A stretch of 64,000 nucleotides of DNA. Origin: an uncultured Planctomycetota bacterium (GTDB lineage Bacteria > Planctomycetota > Planctomycetia > Gemmatales > Gemmataceae). The notes under the pieces were generated by a model. It did not search any database. It had not been told where the DNA came from and worked only from the letters and a program-made list of their open reading frames with translations. Shown piece by piece: positions 51,224 through 62,743 of this stretch. Where the stretch lies: NCBI GenBank assembly GCA_963827935.1, contig CAWHCN010000011.1, forward strand, positions 433,183-497,182, given 5' to 3'. The position numbers and the translations under genes are program-made. Within the stretch, counting starts at the first letter, position 1; the number at the start of each line of letters is the position of its first letter.

Positions 51224-52087
51224 TTGACCCGGAGGCACACCCAGCCAATGAACGCAATGGTTCTAGTCCGCGGCGTCAGGTACTCCCCGTCGTTTCGCTT
51301 CTGCAAGAAGGCCGGGAAGCGGGTCATCCCCCTGGTGCTTGGGATCGTGTTCGTGCCTTATGTGCTGGCCTTTTATGTCGCCGTGGGCCTGCTCGACGTG
51401 TTGCGGAACCAGCACCGGACGTTGAGCACCCTCGATCGCTACTTCGCCGGCAACGGCTTCTTCACCTGGCTGCTGGCACCCTTCAATCTGCTGGCGGATG
51501 TGCTGACGCTGCCTTACCAGAACAAGAAGGTCTACAAACTCACCGATCTACCTGTCCCCTACCGGCAGGAGATCAACGCGGTCGTGGAAGCGGCCGGGCG
51601 CAACGACCTGGTCGGCAAGCTGCAAGCGCGCATGGGCGGGAAAAAACGCGGGATGATCTTCTTCAAGTGGTACGGCAAGAACGTGCAGACCAGCGTGGAC
51701 ATCCCCGAGTACCATCAGCGGTATCGGTACATCCGCACCATCGGCCTATCGATCTTCAACACCAAGCAGTCGACCACGAAGCATTTTGGCCCGCTGCGGC
51801 TTACCTTGCGCGTGCTTTACAACATCAACGACATCGACAGCGAGCAGGTGTACATCAAGGTCGGCAACGTGGTCAATTACTGGCGGACGAACAAGCTGTT
51901 CATTTTCGACGATACGTTGCAGCACCAGTCGTGCAACCAGTCCGACGAATTGCGTTATTGCCTGTTCGTGGACATCCTCCGGCCCAGCCTGATTCCGGGC
52001 GTGCTGAGCGCCCTCCTGGCCGCGGTCCGCCTGGCGATGGCCCCGTTCAATGCCATTTTCTACCAGCACTGGACGTTTCTGAAGTAA
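51224..52087 (+). CDS. aspartyl/asparaginyl beta-hydroxylase-family (LpxO-like) membrane protein
   Basis: N-terminal TM (VIPLVLGIVFVPYVLAFYVAVGLL). C-terminal cupin block HFGPLRLTLRVLYNINDIDSEQVYIKVGNVVNYWRTNKLFIFDDTLQHQSCNQSDELRYCLFVDILRP. GC is about 10% below background. Confidence 0.65.
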   Translation: MTRRHTQPMNAMVLVRGVRYSPSFRFCKKAGKRVIPLVLGIVFVPYVLAFYVAVGLLDVLRNQHRTLSTLDRYFAGNGFFTWLLAPFNLLADVLTLPYQNKKVYKLTDLPVPYRQEINAVVEAAGRNDLVGKLQARMGGKKRGMIFFKWYGKNVQTSVDIPEYHQRYRYIRTIGLSIFNTKQSTTKHFGPLRLTLRVLYNINDIDSEQVYIKVGNVVNYWRTNKLFIFDDTLQHQSCNQSDELRYCLFVDILRPSLIPGVLSALLAAVRLAMAPFNAIFYQHWTFLK

Positions 52088-52099
52088 TCCAAAAGCCCT

Positions 52100-52161
52100 G
52101 GCGAGCGGGGGGCGTAAGCCCCCCGATTGAACAATCAGGGCGATTACGCCCCCGGCTCGCC
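52100..52161. terminator. family B palindromic hairpin between convergent genes
   Basis: ggcgagcggggggcgtaagccccccg...cgattacgcccccggctcgcc. Confidence 0.5.
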
Positions 52162-52166
52162 ATTTC

Positions 52167-54354
<2,188 letters not shown>

Positions 54355-54488
54355 TTCTGGTTAGTCTCCTGAGGGATACGGCGCGTCCAGGGGCCGCAAG
54401 CCCTCGGCCGATGTCGGCGGTAGGATGAGGAAGCACCGGCGTGCCGATACCGCTCTGACCTTCGGCCACCCGGCGGGAGAGTTAGGTC

Positions 54489-55406
54489 TTAGATATGAAG
54501 CCGCTCCGGCAGAGTCCAGGGATGGGAAGGGGGCAAAGTCAGGTGGCCCTCGCGCAGTGCGACGAAAATGCTGGCTGTTACTAAGTCCGCGGTCGTGCCG
54601 GGGTTACGGCCGTGCCCCTCGGCCCGCAACCAGGCGTCGAACTCGCGGAACAGGATGGAAGAGTCGGCGCGGGGCCAGCCGGCGTCCCGCAGGGCACGAG
54701 CCCGGCGGCTCGCTTCCTCCGCCTCGGCCAAACCGCGCTTGCGGGCGATCAGGCTGTCGGGGTGGGTCGCCATGAGTGACAGATGGCACGTGATGATGGC
54801 ACCTTCCAGGCAGCCGGTGACCTCCAGGCCGCGGAGGAGTGCAGGGACGCCCTCGTCGAACACCTCGCGGAACCCGTTGGCGTACTGCCGGGCGACCAGG
54901 TCGCGGTCGGCGGCCAGGGCCATGACTTCGCGGAGAGGGAGGGTGGGTTCGGCGGAGATGTCTTGGTTTTCGACCTGGCCTAGGCCAGCCGGCCCGGCAT
55001 AGCGGATCGCCTGATAAACGTACTCCGCATCTTTCTGATCGAGGCTTGCCAGGACGCACTCGATTCCATCCCGCAGCGGCATTCCGTCGGGGGCTTTCGC
55101 GAGTGGGGCGAGCAACAGGGCAATGCCCAGGTTGGTGTTCGTGTTGACGTAGCATCCTCTCAAGAAGACGACATCAAGCACCAACCGGCTCACGCGCGTA
55201 CGCCGCCCTCCAAGTAGTTCCGCCTCCTGAAAGACCGCTTGCAAGGTTGCAGCGCTGGTCTGGAAATCGAGAAAGCATGCGTCGTCAAAATCGCGATAGC
55301 GGTGGACGTTTCCCGGCTTCCGCGCAGTCACTTCCCAGAGACAGGCGAGCCCTGCGTATAGGCCGGCAAGACGGACCACAGGGTATTGGGGTGGATCATC
55401 CGCCAT
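54489..55406 (-). CDS. triphosphoribosyl-dephospho-CoA synthase family (CitG/MdcB-like)
   Basis: YVNTNTNLGIALLLAPL and GRNPGTTADLVTASIF motifs. No citrate-lyase or malonate-decarboxylase ACP genes are nearby. Confidence 0.6.
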   Translation of the reverse strand: MADDPPQYPVVRLAGLYAGLACLWEVTARKPGNVHRYRDFDDACFLDFQTSAATLQAVFQEAELLGGRRTRVSRLVLDVVFLRGCYVNTNTNLGIALLLAPLAKAPDGMPLRDGIECVLASLDQKDAEYVYQAIRYAGPAGLGQVENQDISAEPTLPLREVMALAADRDLVARQYANGFREVFDEGVPALLRGLEVTGCLEGAIITCHLSLMATHPDSLIARKRGLAEAEEASRRARALRDAGWPRADSSILFREFDAWLRAEGHGRNPGTTADLVTASIFVALREGHLTLPPSHPWTLPERLHI

Positions 55407-55476
55407 GGCGTGGAGGCAACTCCAGCGCGGAGCCCGTGGCGTCAGCGAGGGCGCTCCGCCGAAACCCTCGCTGACG

Positions 55477-56094
55477 CTACGGGCTCTGACTCGTGGGATT
55501 GTTGCCCAGGTAAAAGCGACCGACTCGCTCCTCAAACCACACCATGCGTGGGTCGTCCAAAGCCGCCACCGTCTGCCATTCGGTTCGGACCGGATCGAGG
55601 TCCAGTTGGCCCTGGTTGCCGGCCAGCAGGTTCTCGATGTCCACCTGATCTTGAAGGCGAAAGGCCAGCAGTTTCATAAGGATGAGCCCTTCCGCGGTAG
55701 CGACGAGGACCGGGTGACCGAACCAGTCCTCAAGAAATGCCTGGTCAAGCACGTGTTGATACGCGAGTAGCGCCGGCTTGAGCCAATCGATCCGGACACC
55801 GTGGAACGACATCACCGTCATGCTCTCGCGGGTCCATTCGCGGATGGCGACATCCGTCTCAAATGCAAAACCGCGGGCGCGCAACTCATCCAGCAGCCCC
55901 GGCAAGGTGATCTGCGGAACCTGGAGCAATAGGTCCACATCCTCGGTAAACCGGGGTCGGCCACGATAGGCCGCGGCTAACCCGCCGATCAGGGCATACT
56001 TGATCCGTCGCGCATCCAGCGCTTCCGTCAGTTGCCGCACGCCGTCGAGCAGGTATTCCGGGAACTCAACAGTTTCAGGTTCCATGACGCGCAA
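55477..56094 (-). CDS. Pol-beta-superfamily nucleotidyltransferase-like protein
   Basis: IKYALIGGLAAAYRGRPRFTEDVDLLLQVP is a GG/S-x(n)-DxD nucleotidyltransferase-type motif. Confidence 0.45.
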   Translation of the reverse strand: MRVMEPETVEFPEYLLDGVRQLTEALDARRIKYALIGGLAAAYRGRPRFTEDVDLLLQVPQITLPGLLDELRARGFAFETDVAIREWTRESMTVMSFHGVRIDWLKPALLAYQHVLDQAFLEDWFGHPVLVATAEGLILMKLLAFRLQDQVDIENLLAGNQGQLDLDPVRTEWQTVAALDDPRMVWFEERVGRFYLGNNPTSQSP

Positions 56095-56308
56095 ACAACT
56101 CCTTCTGGATTCGCTGCCACTCGGCCTCCTGCAGAAGCCGCAGCTTGCGACCGGCCTCGCGCTGCGGTGAATGCTCCAGCAACTTCACGCCAGATCCAAT
56201 CAGGTCCAACAGCCTCAGGAATCGTTCCCGCGACGACAACCGCCGAAACGCCTCGGCATCCCGGCGAATCACCTCGGCCTCGTTCGGGAAGCGGTAGGGA
56301 AGTTCCAT
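56075..56308 (-). CDS. small hypothetical protein overlapping the nucleotidyltransferase start (possible cognate partner)
   Basis: MELPYRFPNEAEVIRRDAEAFRRLSSRERFLRLLDLIGSGVKLLEHS... It overlaps the downstream gene by ~20 nt. Confidence 0.35.
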   Translation of the reverse strand: MELPYRFPNEAEVIRRDAEAFRRLSSRERFLRLLDLIGSGVKLLEHSPQREAGRKLRLLQEAEWQRIQKELFARHGT

Positions 56309-56681
56309 GCGATTTCTCCGACAAGCGAGCACCTGCGCGAGTCATCGTGATTATATCGCCGCGGCCTGTGCCTTGCGAGCGTCTTCGGCTATCCCCCCCG
56401 GTTCGCGATTCAGCCGTCGCCAGAGCCAAATCGGGCAGCCCGACGCGCCAGCGAGGGATTCCGGCCAAACCCTCGCTGGCGCGTCAGGCTGCCCGGACCG
56501 GCCGCTGGTGGGGCAATTGCAGTGCCGTCCGTGAATGTAACCGAACCCCGCCCGGCAGTACCTTGTGGTTGTGGCATAATCGCTCCTACGGTAACATCAA
56601 CCAGTGAACACCCGACCGGGCGCGGGGCAGTCGGCCCTGGCCCGGCATCCTTTCCCCGAGGAATGCGAGGCTTCTGGACCA

Positions 56682-58780
56682 TGCCGCGAACGCACGCTTC
56701 CCGTCAAATCACTGTCGCTCCTCCTGGTCGGCCTGGCCGGCCTGTTTCTGATGCCGGCACCCACGCCGGCCGAACCACACATCGGCAAGCAGGACCCTGC
56801 CGTCGCCAAGCTGGTCTGCGAGTTCCTCCACGGCGGGCCACCTCAACCGCCCGGAAATCGGCGACGAGATGTCCAAACGCCTCTTCCGCCGCTTCCTCAA
56901 GGGCCTCGATCCCACCAAGCTCTATTTCCCAAGAGCGACATCGACGAGTTCAAGAAGCACGAAACCGACCTCGACGATCAGCTCCTCAGGCCGGCGACTC
57001 AGCTTCGCCTACAAGGTTTACGAGCGTTTCATCGACGCGCGTCGCCGAACGCCAGAAGCTGATCGAGGAACTGGTCGAGGCCAAGCACGATTTCACCGTC
57101 GAAGGAAAGCCTGGACACCGAATCACGACGCGATGCGACTACGCCGAGCAACGAGGCCGAGGTCCACGAGCGCTGGCGGAAGCGGATCAAGTTCGACCTG
57201 CTGGTGCAGCGCATGGCCGAGAAGCCGATGCCCGAGGCCGAGGCCAAGAAGAAGATCCTGACCCGCTACCAGAGCGTCCTCAAGCGCTGGAAGCAGGTGG
57301 ACAACTCCGATCTCCTGGAACTCTATCTCGCCGACCTGGCCACCAGCGTCGATCCGCATTCGACCTACATGTCGCCGACCACGCTGGACGATTTCGAGAT
57401 CGCCATGCGCCTGAACCTGGACGGCATCGGGGCGGTGCTGCGGCAGGAGAACGGCCAGACCATCATCGTGGAAGTCGTGCCCGGCGGCGCGGCGGCCAAG
57501 GACGGCCGGCTCAAGCCCAAGGACAAGATCGTCGGCGTGGCCCAGGGCGACGACAAGTTTGTCGACGTGATCGACATGAGGCTGCGCGACGTGGTCAAGC
57601 TGATTCGCGGGCCGCGCGGCACCAAGGTGCAATTGAAGGTCGTCCCGGCCAGGCAAGGTCGACCGCGTCGTCTACGACCTGACCCGCCAGAAGATCGAGC
57701 TGAAGTCGCAGGAGGCCCGCGGCGAGATCGTCGAGCAGGGCAAGAAAGCCGACGGCAAGCCGTACCGGATCGGCGTCATCGACCTGCCGTCCTTCTACGC
57801 CGAAATCGACCCCGGCGGCGACGGCAAGCCGGACGCCAAGAGCGCCACCGAGGACGTCCGCAAGATCCTCAAGGAGTTCGATGCCAAGGGGGGCGTGGAC
57901 GGCGTGGTGCTCGACCTGCGCCGCAACGGCGGCGGCTTGCTGACGAAGCCCTGCGCCCTGACCGGGCTGTTCATCGACCAGGGGCCGGTCGTCCAGGTGA
58001 AGAGACGCCGCAGGGCCGGGTCGCACCATCAGGACGACCCGGACAAGGGGATCGTCTACGGCGGGCCGCTCGTGGTGCTAGTCAGCCGATTCAGCGCCAG
58101 CGCGTCGGAAATCCTGGCCGGCGCGCTTGCAGGACTACGGCCGGGCCCTGATCGTCGGCGACTAGCACCACCTACGGCAAGGGGACGGTGCAGACGATCA
58201 TCGACCTGGGCATCGAGGCTTCGGACCAGAACCCGCGCCAAGCTGGGCGCCCTGAAGCTCACCATCCAGCAGTTCTATCGCCTCAACGGCGACAGCACGC
58301 AGGATCGCGGCGTGCTGTCCGACGTCGTCCTGCCGTCGCTGACCGAGTACATCACCAGCGGCGAGAAGGAGCAGGAGTTTGCCCTGGCCTTCGACAAGGT
58401 CAACCCGGTGGAGCACGAGGAGTTGGGGCTGGTGCCGGCCGACCTGAAGGCGGTCCTCAAGGAGCGTTCCGCCAAGCGCGTCAAGGACTCCGCCGATTTT
58501 ACCAAACTGGCCAAGGACATCGAGCATCTTCAAGGCACGCAAGGCGAAGAAGAAGCTGCCGCTCAATGAGAAGGAGCTGCGCGAGCAGACCAAGAAGGAC
58601 GATGCCGACAAGCTGGAGCAGAAGATCAACGATCTGGCCCCGCCCGAGGCTCCGTCAGGCGATGCTACCTTCAAGTTCAAGCACAACTACATGAACGACG
58701 AGGTCCTGCGGATCATGGAGGACTTCATCCAGGGCAAACGGCTGGTGGCGGGCGCTGAGGCGGCAGCTGTCATTGGGGTG
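56682..58780 (+). pseudogene. prc: tail-specific (C-terminal processing) protease Prc/S41A-like, split over at least 7 frame changes
   Basis: Signal peptide and fragments across three frames: DIDEFKKHETDLDDQLL, SFAYKVYERFIDARR, LIEELVEAKHDFTVEGKPGHRITTRCDYAEQ, LLVQRMAEKPMPEAEAKKKILTRYQSVLKRW...IAMRLNLDGIGAVLRQENGQTIIVEVVPGGAAAKDG (PDZ), GVVLDLRRNGGG...VVLVSRFSASASEILAGAL (S41 catalytic Ser region), LGALKLTIQQFYRLNGDSTQ. The 3' end merges into a family A repeat. Confidence 0.65.
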
Positions 58781-58903
58781 GCACGCCCTGAGGTACTCCG
58801 AAGGGCGTGCTGCCTCATGAACACGCCCTTCGGAGTACCTCAGGGCGTGCTGCCTCATGAACACGCCCTTCGGAGTACCTCAGGGCGTGCCACCCTGCAT
58901 TTC
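58775..58903. repeat. family A palindromic repeat cluster (one forward and two reverse copies with identical spacers TGCCTCATGAAC)
   Basis: ggggtggcacgccctgaggtactccgaagggcgtgctgcctcatgaacacgcccttcggagtacctcagggcgtgctgcctcatgaacacgcccttcggagtacctcagggcgtgccaccc. Confidence 0.8.
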
Positions 58904-59235
58904 GGCGGCGACGCAAGTCCAGGTTCAGGTTCAGGTTACTACGATCCATCCTCCCGCTCACCCACTCCCCCGATTTTTTCCCGATTTTTTCCTTGACATT
59001 CCCCCCCGAGACATTACCATCGCCCTATCTCAACGGCCTCTTCTCTGTTCCGGCCCCGCTGTTCGACGTGCTTGCACGGAGTTCAGCGGGGTTTTTTCAT
59101 GCGCCCGTGTCCTGTCTCGACTTGAGCAAAAAGCCGCGCCTCAATTCCCAGGGTCCCCCGAGCCGATGGAACGATCGACACGGCTTGCCGGAACTCCCGG
59201 CAGCCACTCCGTCCGCGCCCGGGGAGGCTTAACGC

Positions 59236-59715
59236 ATGAACGCCAATGGGAACCGTCAGTACCGTCCGCAACTTGAATTGCTGGAAGACCGGTTCCTTCT
59301 GAGCGGCTATCGCCGGATCGTCCTGCTGCCTGCGCCGCAGATTCATCCCATCGTGCCGGCCACGCGCGGGACGGGCACACCAGCGGATATCCACACCATC
59401 GTCAACCCGGCCAACGTCGTCACGAGCTCCGTTTCCATCGTGCCCCAGCACATCAGCCTGGGCTTATTCGACCAGCCGACCCCAATCACGATCAGCGGCG
59501 TCGATCCAGGATTGACCACGCCGGGCCTGCCCGTGGTGACAAACTTTGCCAGCGATCCGGGCCTGACGATGCCGGGTTTGCCCATCTACTGCGCCGTCAC
59601 AGCCTGTGATGCCCCCTCCCTTGCAGGTAGGCGGACTCACGCTTTCGCCCGAGGGCATCATCAGCGGCAGCTTCCCGTAAGGGCCCTCAAATCAAAGATG
59701 GGTGGCACGCTCTGA
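59236..59715 (+). CDS. small secreted hypothetical protein with a Gemmata-type N-terminal LEDR motif
   Basis: MNANGNRQYRPQLELLEDRFLLSG..., then Pro/Gly/Thr-rich repeats (GVDPGLTTPGLPVV / ASDPGLTMPGLPIY). Confidence 0.5.
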   Translation: MNANGNRQYRPQLELLEDRFLLSGYRRIVLLPAPQIHPIVPATRGTGTPADIHTIVNPANVVTSSVSIVPQHISLGLFDQPTPITISGVDPGLTTPGLPVVTNFASDPGLTMPGLPIYCAVTACDAPSLAGRRTHAFARGHHQRQLPVRALKSKMGGTL

Positions 59716-59781
59716 GGTACTCCGAAGGGCGTGCAGTTAGTGCAGCACGCCCTTAGGAGTACCTCAGAGCGTGCCACCCGA
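59700..59781. repeat. family A palindromic repeat pair (variant)
   Basis: gggtggcacgctctgaggtactccgaagggcgtgcagttagtgcagcacgcccttaggagtacctcagagcgtgccaccc. Confidence 0.8.
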
Positions 59782-60101
59782 CGCTCGCGGAACTCCTGTC
59801 GAGATACCTGCGCAAATCACTCGCACGCACTGGGTATTCGATTGCTCAGTCGCGGCGGCGTGCTCATTGGCTCGGTGATTCCACGCAAATCTTGGGCGTC
59901 ACTTCTCCGCTCCGCCGGTGTGTCTGACACTCCGGCACGCATGCATGCATCACGAACTCCCCCGGTTGGCACGCCGGTTGCACTTTCATCAAGGGCGGGT
60001 GGCAACGGTTCTGCCCGTTCCATCCCGGGATTTCCAGGCCCCACGAGCGGGGCCGCTCATGTCGGGGTCGCGCACGACCCCCTCTACGAAGGAGTGCGAT
60101 C

Positions 60102-60605
60102 ATGGCGAATACGAGCAACCGGGGCGACGCACCGATGGGCCAGGCTCGACAGCAGGCGGACGAGGCGATGGGGCATCTCCAGCAAGCGGGCAACGAGGCT
60201 CGGCAGGCGGCCTCCGCGGCGGCTTCCGGGCTGGGGCAGAAGGCTCAGGAGACGGCCGCCAACCTGGCGGACAAGGCCCGGGAGAAGGCGTCGAACCTCT
60301 CCCAGCGGACCGGCGATCTCGCCCGCAAGGCCGAGGATCGCGCCGACGATGCCCTCGCCTCGATGGGGCAGCGCATCACCTCGATGGGCGGTTCGATCAG
60401 GCAGGCGGCTCCGCGGAGCGGGGTGGTCGGCTCCGCGGCCGGCGCCGTCGCCGAACGCCTCGAAAACAGCGGCCGCTACCTCCAGGAGCATGGCGTCAGT
60501 GAAATCACCGACGACGTGGCCAGCACCGTCCGACGGCACCCGCTGCCGGCCCTGGGACTGGCCTTCGGCGTCGGCATCCTTATCGGCATGCTCGCCCGGA
60601 GGTGA
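60102..60605 (+). CDS. DUF883 (ElaB/YqjD-family) membrane-anchored stress protein
   Basis: Ala/Gln-rich helical region, then C-terminal HPLPALGLAFGVGILIGMLARR. Confidence 0.7.
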   Translation: MANTSNRGDAPMGQARQQADEAMGHLQQAGNEARQAASAAASGLGQKAQETAANLADKAREKASNLSQRTGDLARKAEDRADDALASMGQRITSMGGSIRQAAPRSGVVGSAAGAVAERLENSGRYLQEHGVSEITDDVASTVRRHPLPALGLAFGVGILIGMLARR

Positions 60606-60608
60606 GCA

Positions 60609-61013
60609 ATGGCGGACCGCATTCCGACCGACACCGCGCCGAGCGTGACGTCCCTGCTCGGCGGCATCGTCAGCGACATCCAGACGCTCATCCATCAGGA
60701 GATCGCGCTGGCGAAGACCGAGATGCTGCGGGAGTGGGACAAGGCCAAGACCGCGGCCGGCGCGATGGCGGTCGGGGCGGCCTTGCTGGGGCTGGGCGGC
60801 ATCCTGCTGTGCCTGACCGTGGTTAGCGCCCTGCACGAGGGGGCCGGCCTGCCCTGGTGGGCCTCGACTCTGATCGTCGGCGGCGTCCTGGCCGCGGCCG
60901 GCGCGGTGCTGCTCGTGGTCGGACGCAGTCAGGCCGCGCGCATCCATGTCGTCCCGCCCCAAACCGCCGAAACCCTGAGGGAGAACGTGCAATGGATCCG
61001 CAACCAGAGATGA
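60609..61013 (+). CDS. phage-holin-family / YqjE-like (DUF1469) membrane protein
   Basis: Two TM helices (AGAMAVGAALLGLGGILLCLTVV, WWASTLIVGGVLAAAGAVLLVVG) directly after a DUF883 gene, as in the E. coli yqjD-yqjE arrangement. Confidence 0.55.
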   Translation: MADRIPTDTAPSVTSLLGGIVSDIQTLIHQEIALAKTEMLREWDKAKTAAGAMAVGAALLGLGGILLCLTVVSALHEGAGLPWWASTLIVGGVLAAAGAVLLVVGRSQAARIHVVPPQTAETLRENVQWIRNQR

Positions 61014-61666
61014 TCCGCCAACAGATCGACCAGACGCGCTCCTCCCTGACCGAAAAGCTCGAAACGCTGGAGGCCGAGGTGAAGGGGACCGTGCAAACCG
61101 CCCGGGAGACCGTTCACGACACCATCAGCAGCGTCAAAGAGACGGTCCAAAGCGCCAGGGAAACGGTGAAACGCACCTTCGATGTGGAGTACCAGGTGGA
61201 CCAACATCCCTGGGCCATGCTGGGCCTGTCCCTGGTCTCCGGCGTGGCTGTGGGCGCCCTACTTGGCCCGCGGCTGCGGCCCGCCAACTCTGTCGCGCGG
61301 CGGATGGCCGAGGCCGCCGCCCCGCCAATGGACCGCGCAGGAGCGGCACCCGCCACGGCCTGGTCGCGGCTTAGCCACGATCAGGGCGCTCGGCCTGGCT
61401 TCCTCGACAAGCTGGGCCACCAGCTGGGCGAAGAACTCGACAAGGCCCAGGACCTGGCCATCACCACGATTGCCGGCGTCGTCAGCGACGTGGTCAGACG
61501 GTCGATCCCGGCGGTGGGGTCGGCGGTTGAGGAGATGATGGTTCGCGCCGCCACTCAGTGTGCGCGCCGCCGCAGCAACTCGCCGAGGAACGCCGCCCGG
61601 GCCAGGCCGGAGCCCGCTACCAGACCCCGCCCCCGTTCTGATCGATCGATAGTGCAACCGCCATGA
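60992..61666 (+). CDS. second DUF883/YqjD-like protein with a C-terminal extension
   Basis: MDPQPEMIRQQIDQTRSSLTEKLETLEAEVKGTVQTARE...QHPWAMLGLSLVSGVAVGALLG. The C-terminal ~100 aa are Arg/Pro-rich and of uncertain frame. Confidence 0.5.
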   Translation: MDPQPEMIRQQIDQTRSSLTEKLETLEAEVKGTVQTARETVHDTISSVKETVQSARETVKRTFDVEYQVDQHPWAMLGLSLVSGVAVGALLGPRLRPANSVARRMAEAAAPPMDRAGAAPATAWSRLSHDQGARPGFLDKLGHQLGEELDKAQDLAITTIAGVVSDVVRRSIPAVGSAVEEMMVRAATQCARRRSNSPRNAARARPEPATRPRPRSDRSIVQPP

Positions 61667-61675
61667 GGTGTCCGG

Positions 61676-61718
61676 AGCCGGCCTCGTTCGCTCCGGACAC
61701 CTCGTGCGCTTCCTGTGA
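61676..61718. terminator. GC-rich hairpin downstream of the yqjD-like gene
   Basis: ggtgtccggagc cggcctcgttcg ctccggacacc. Confidence 0.4.
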
Positions 61719-62213
61719 GCTCCCTTTGCGCGGTACTCACTGAGGAGGCGTAAGGCGAACGGCAGGAGATAATCTCCCCTCGGCCCGGTGCTCCGACCGA
61801 GTACGGGGGGCTGGGGCGACGATCCCTCGCCCTGCGGCGAAGGGGCCCGTCGTAGCGCTCCCGCACACATCGGACTTCAGTTCAACCTGGCGATTTTTGC
61901 TGAGTTGCGAAGGCACATGTCGTTATTTACCAATGGCTTGCGGTGTCCGCGCCAGGTTGAACAGAATTCCCGGTCACTTCAGTTCAACCTGGCAACGCGT
62001 GCGGTGCCGGCGGGCGGTCGGAGATGCGCTGCCGAGGGCTACTAACTCCTGCCGGTCGCCTAATGACGCGGCTCGTGATTTGGATACTTGTCGTTCTCTT
62101 CCTGGCCTTCACCTATATTGGGTGTACAGGTACACCGGAGCCGCACGACGAGTCGGTGTTCAACAACCCTCGGGACTCATCGGCTCCGTGAGCCACTGAA
62201 GGGCAAGCACGCC

Positions 62214-62666
62214 ATGATTCAATTCGAGGGCGATCGGGACTTTGCCCATCCGCCGGCCCTGGTTTGGGGCCGCCTCAGCGATGCACGCTTCCTGGTGACC
62301 TGCGTCCCCGGGGTCGAATCGGTGGCCCGAGCGGAGCCCGGCGAGACCGTCTTCACGATTCGGCCCGGCTTCTCCTTCATCCGCGGGACCCTGGACATTA
62401 CCGCGCGGGTGGCCGAGGCTGAGCCCGAGAAGTCGGTCAAACTTCTCCTCCACAGCAAAGGGATCGGCAGTTCCAGTGTCGCCGAGGTGCTGCTCGCACT
62501 GGCACCGCACAATGGCGGCACCCGCGTCCACTGGCAGGTGCAGGTCACGGAGCTGGGCGGTCTGCTGAAGCTGGCCCCGCAAGGATTGGTCCGGGCGTCC
62601 GCCCAGAAGGTCATTGCCGATGCCTGGGCAATGGTGGAGTCGCAGCTCAGCAAACCGAAACTTTGA
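62214..62666 (+). CDS. CoxG-like SRPBCC-family protein
   Basis: MIQFEGDRDFAHPPALVWGRLSDARFLVTCVPGVESV...GTLDITARVAEAEPEKSVKLLL... fits the CoxG fold pattern. Confidence 0.6.
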   Translation: MIQFEGDRDFAHPPALVWGRLSDARFLVTCVPGVESVARAEPGETVFTIRPGFSFIRGTLDITARVAEAEPEKSVKLLLHSKGIGSSSVAEVLLALAPHNGGTRVHWQVQVTELGGLLKLAPQGLVRASAQKVIADAWAMVESQLSKPKL

Positions 62667-62730
62667 CGAGCCGGAAGCGTAAGCGACGGTTCGGCTTGAC
62701 AATCCGTCGCTTACGCTTCCGGCTCGTACC
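62655..62730. terminator. 21-bp-stem palindrome between convergent coxG-like and nnr genes
   Basis: gagccggaagcgtaagcgacgg ttcggcttgacaat ccgtcgcttacgcttccggctc. Confidence 0.5.
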
Positions 62731-62743
62731 CGAAATCACTGCA

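Noticed and set aside
58691-58996. 101-aa ORF MNDEVLRIMEDFIQGKRLVAGAEAAAVIGVARPEVLRRACC... as an independent gene.
   Set aside because: The first 25 aa are the true C-terminus of the Prc-like protease. The remainder is read-through into family A repeats.
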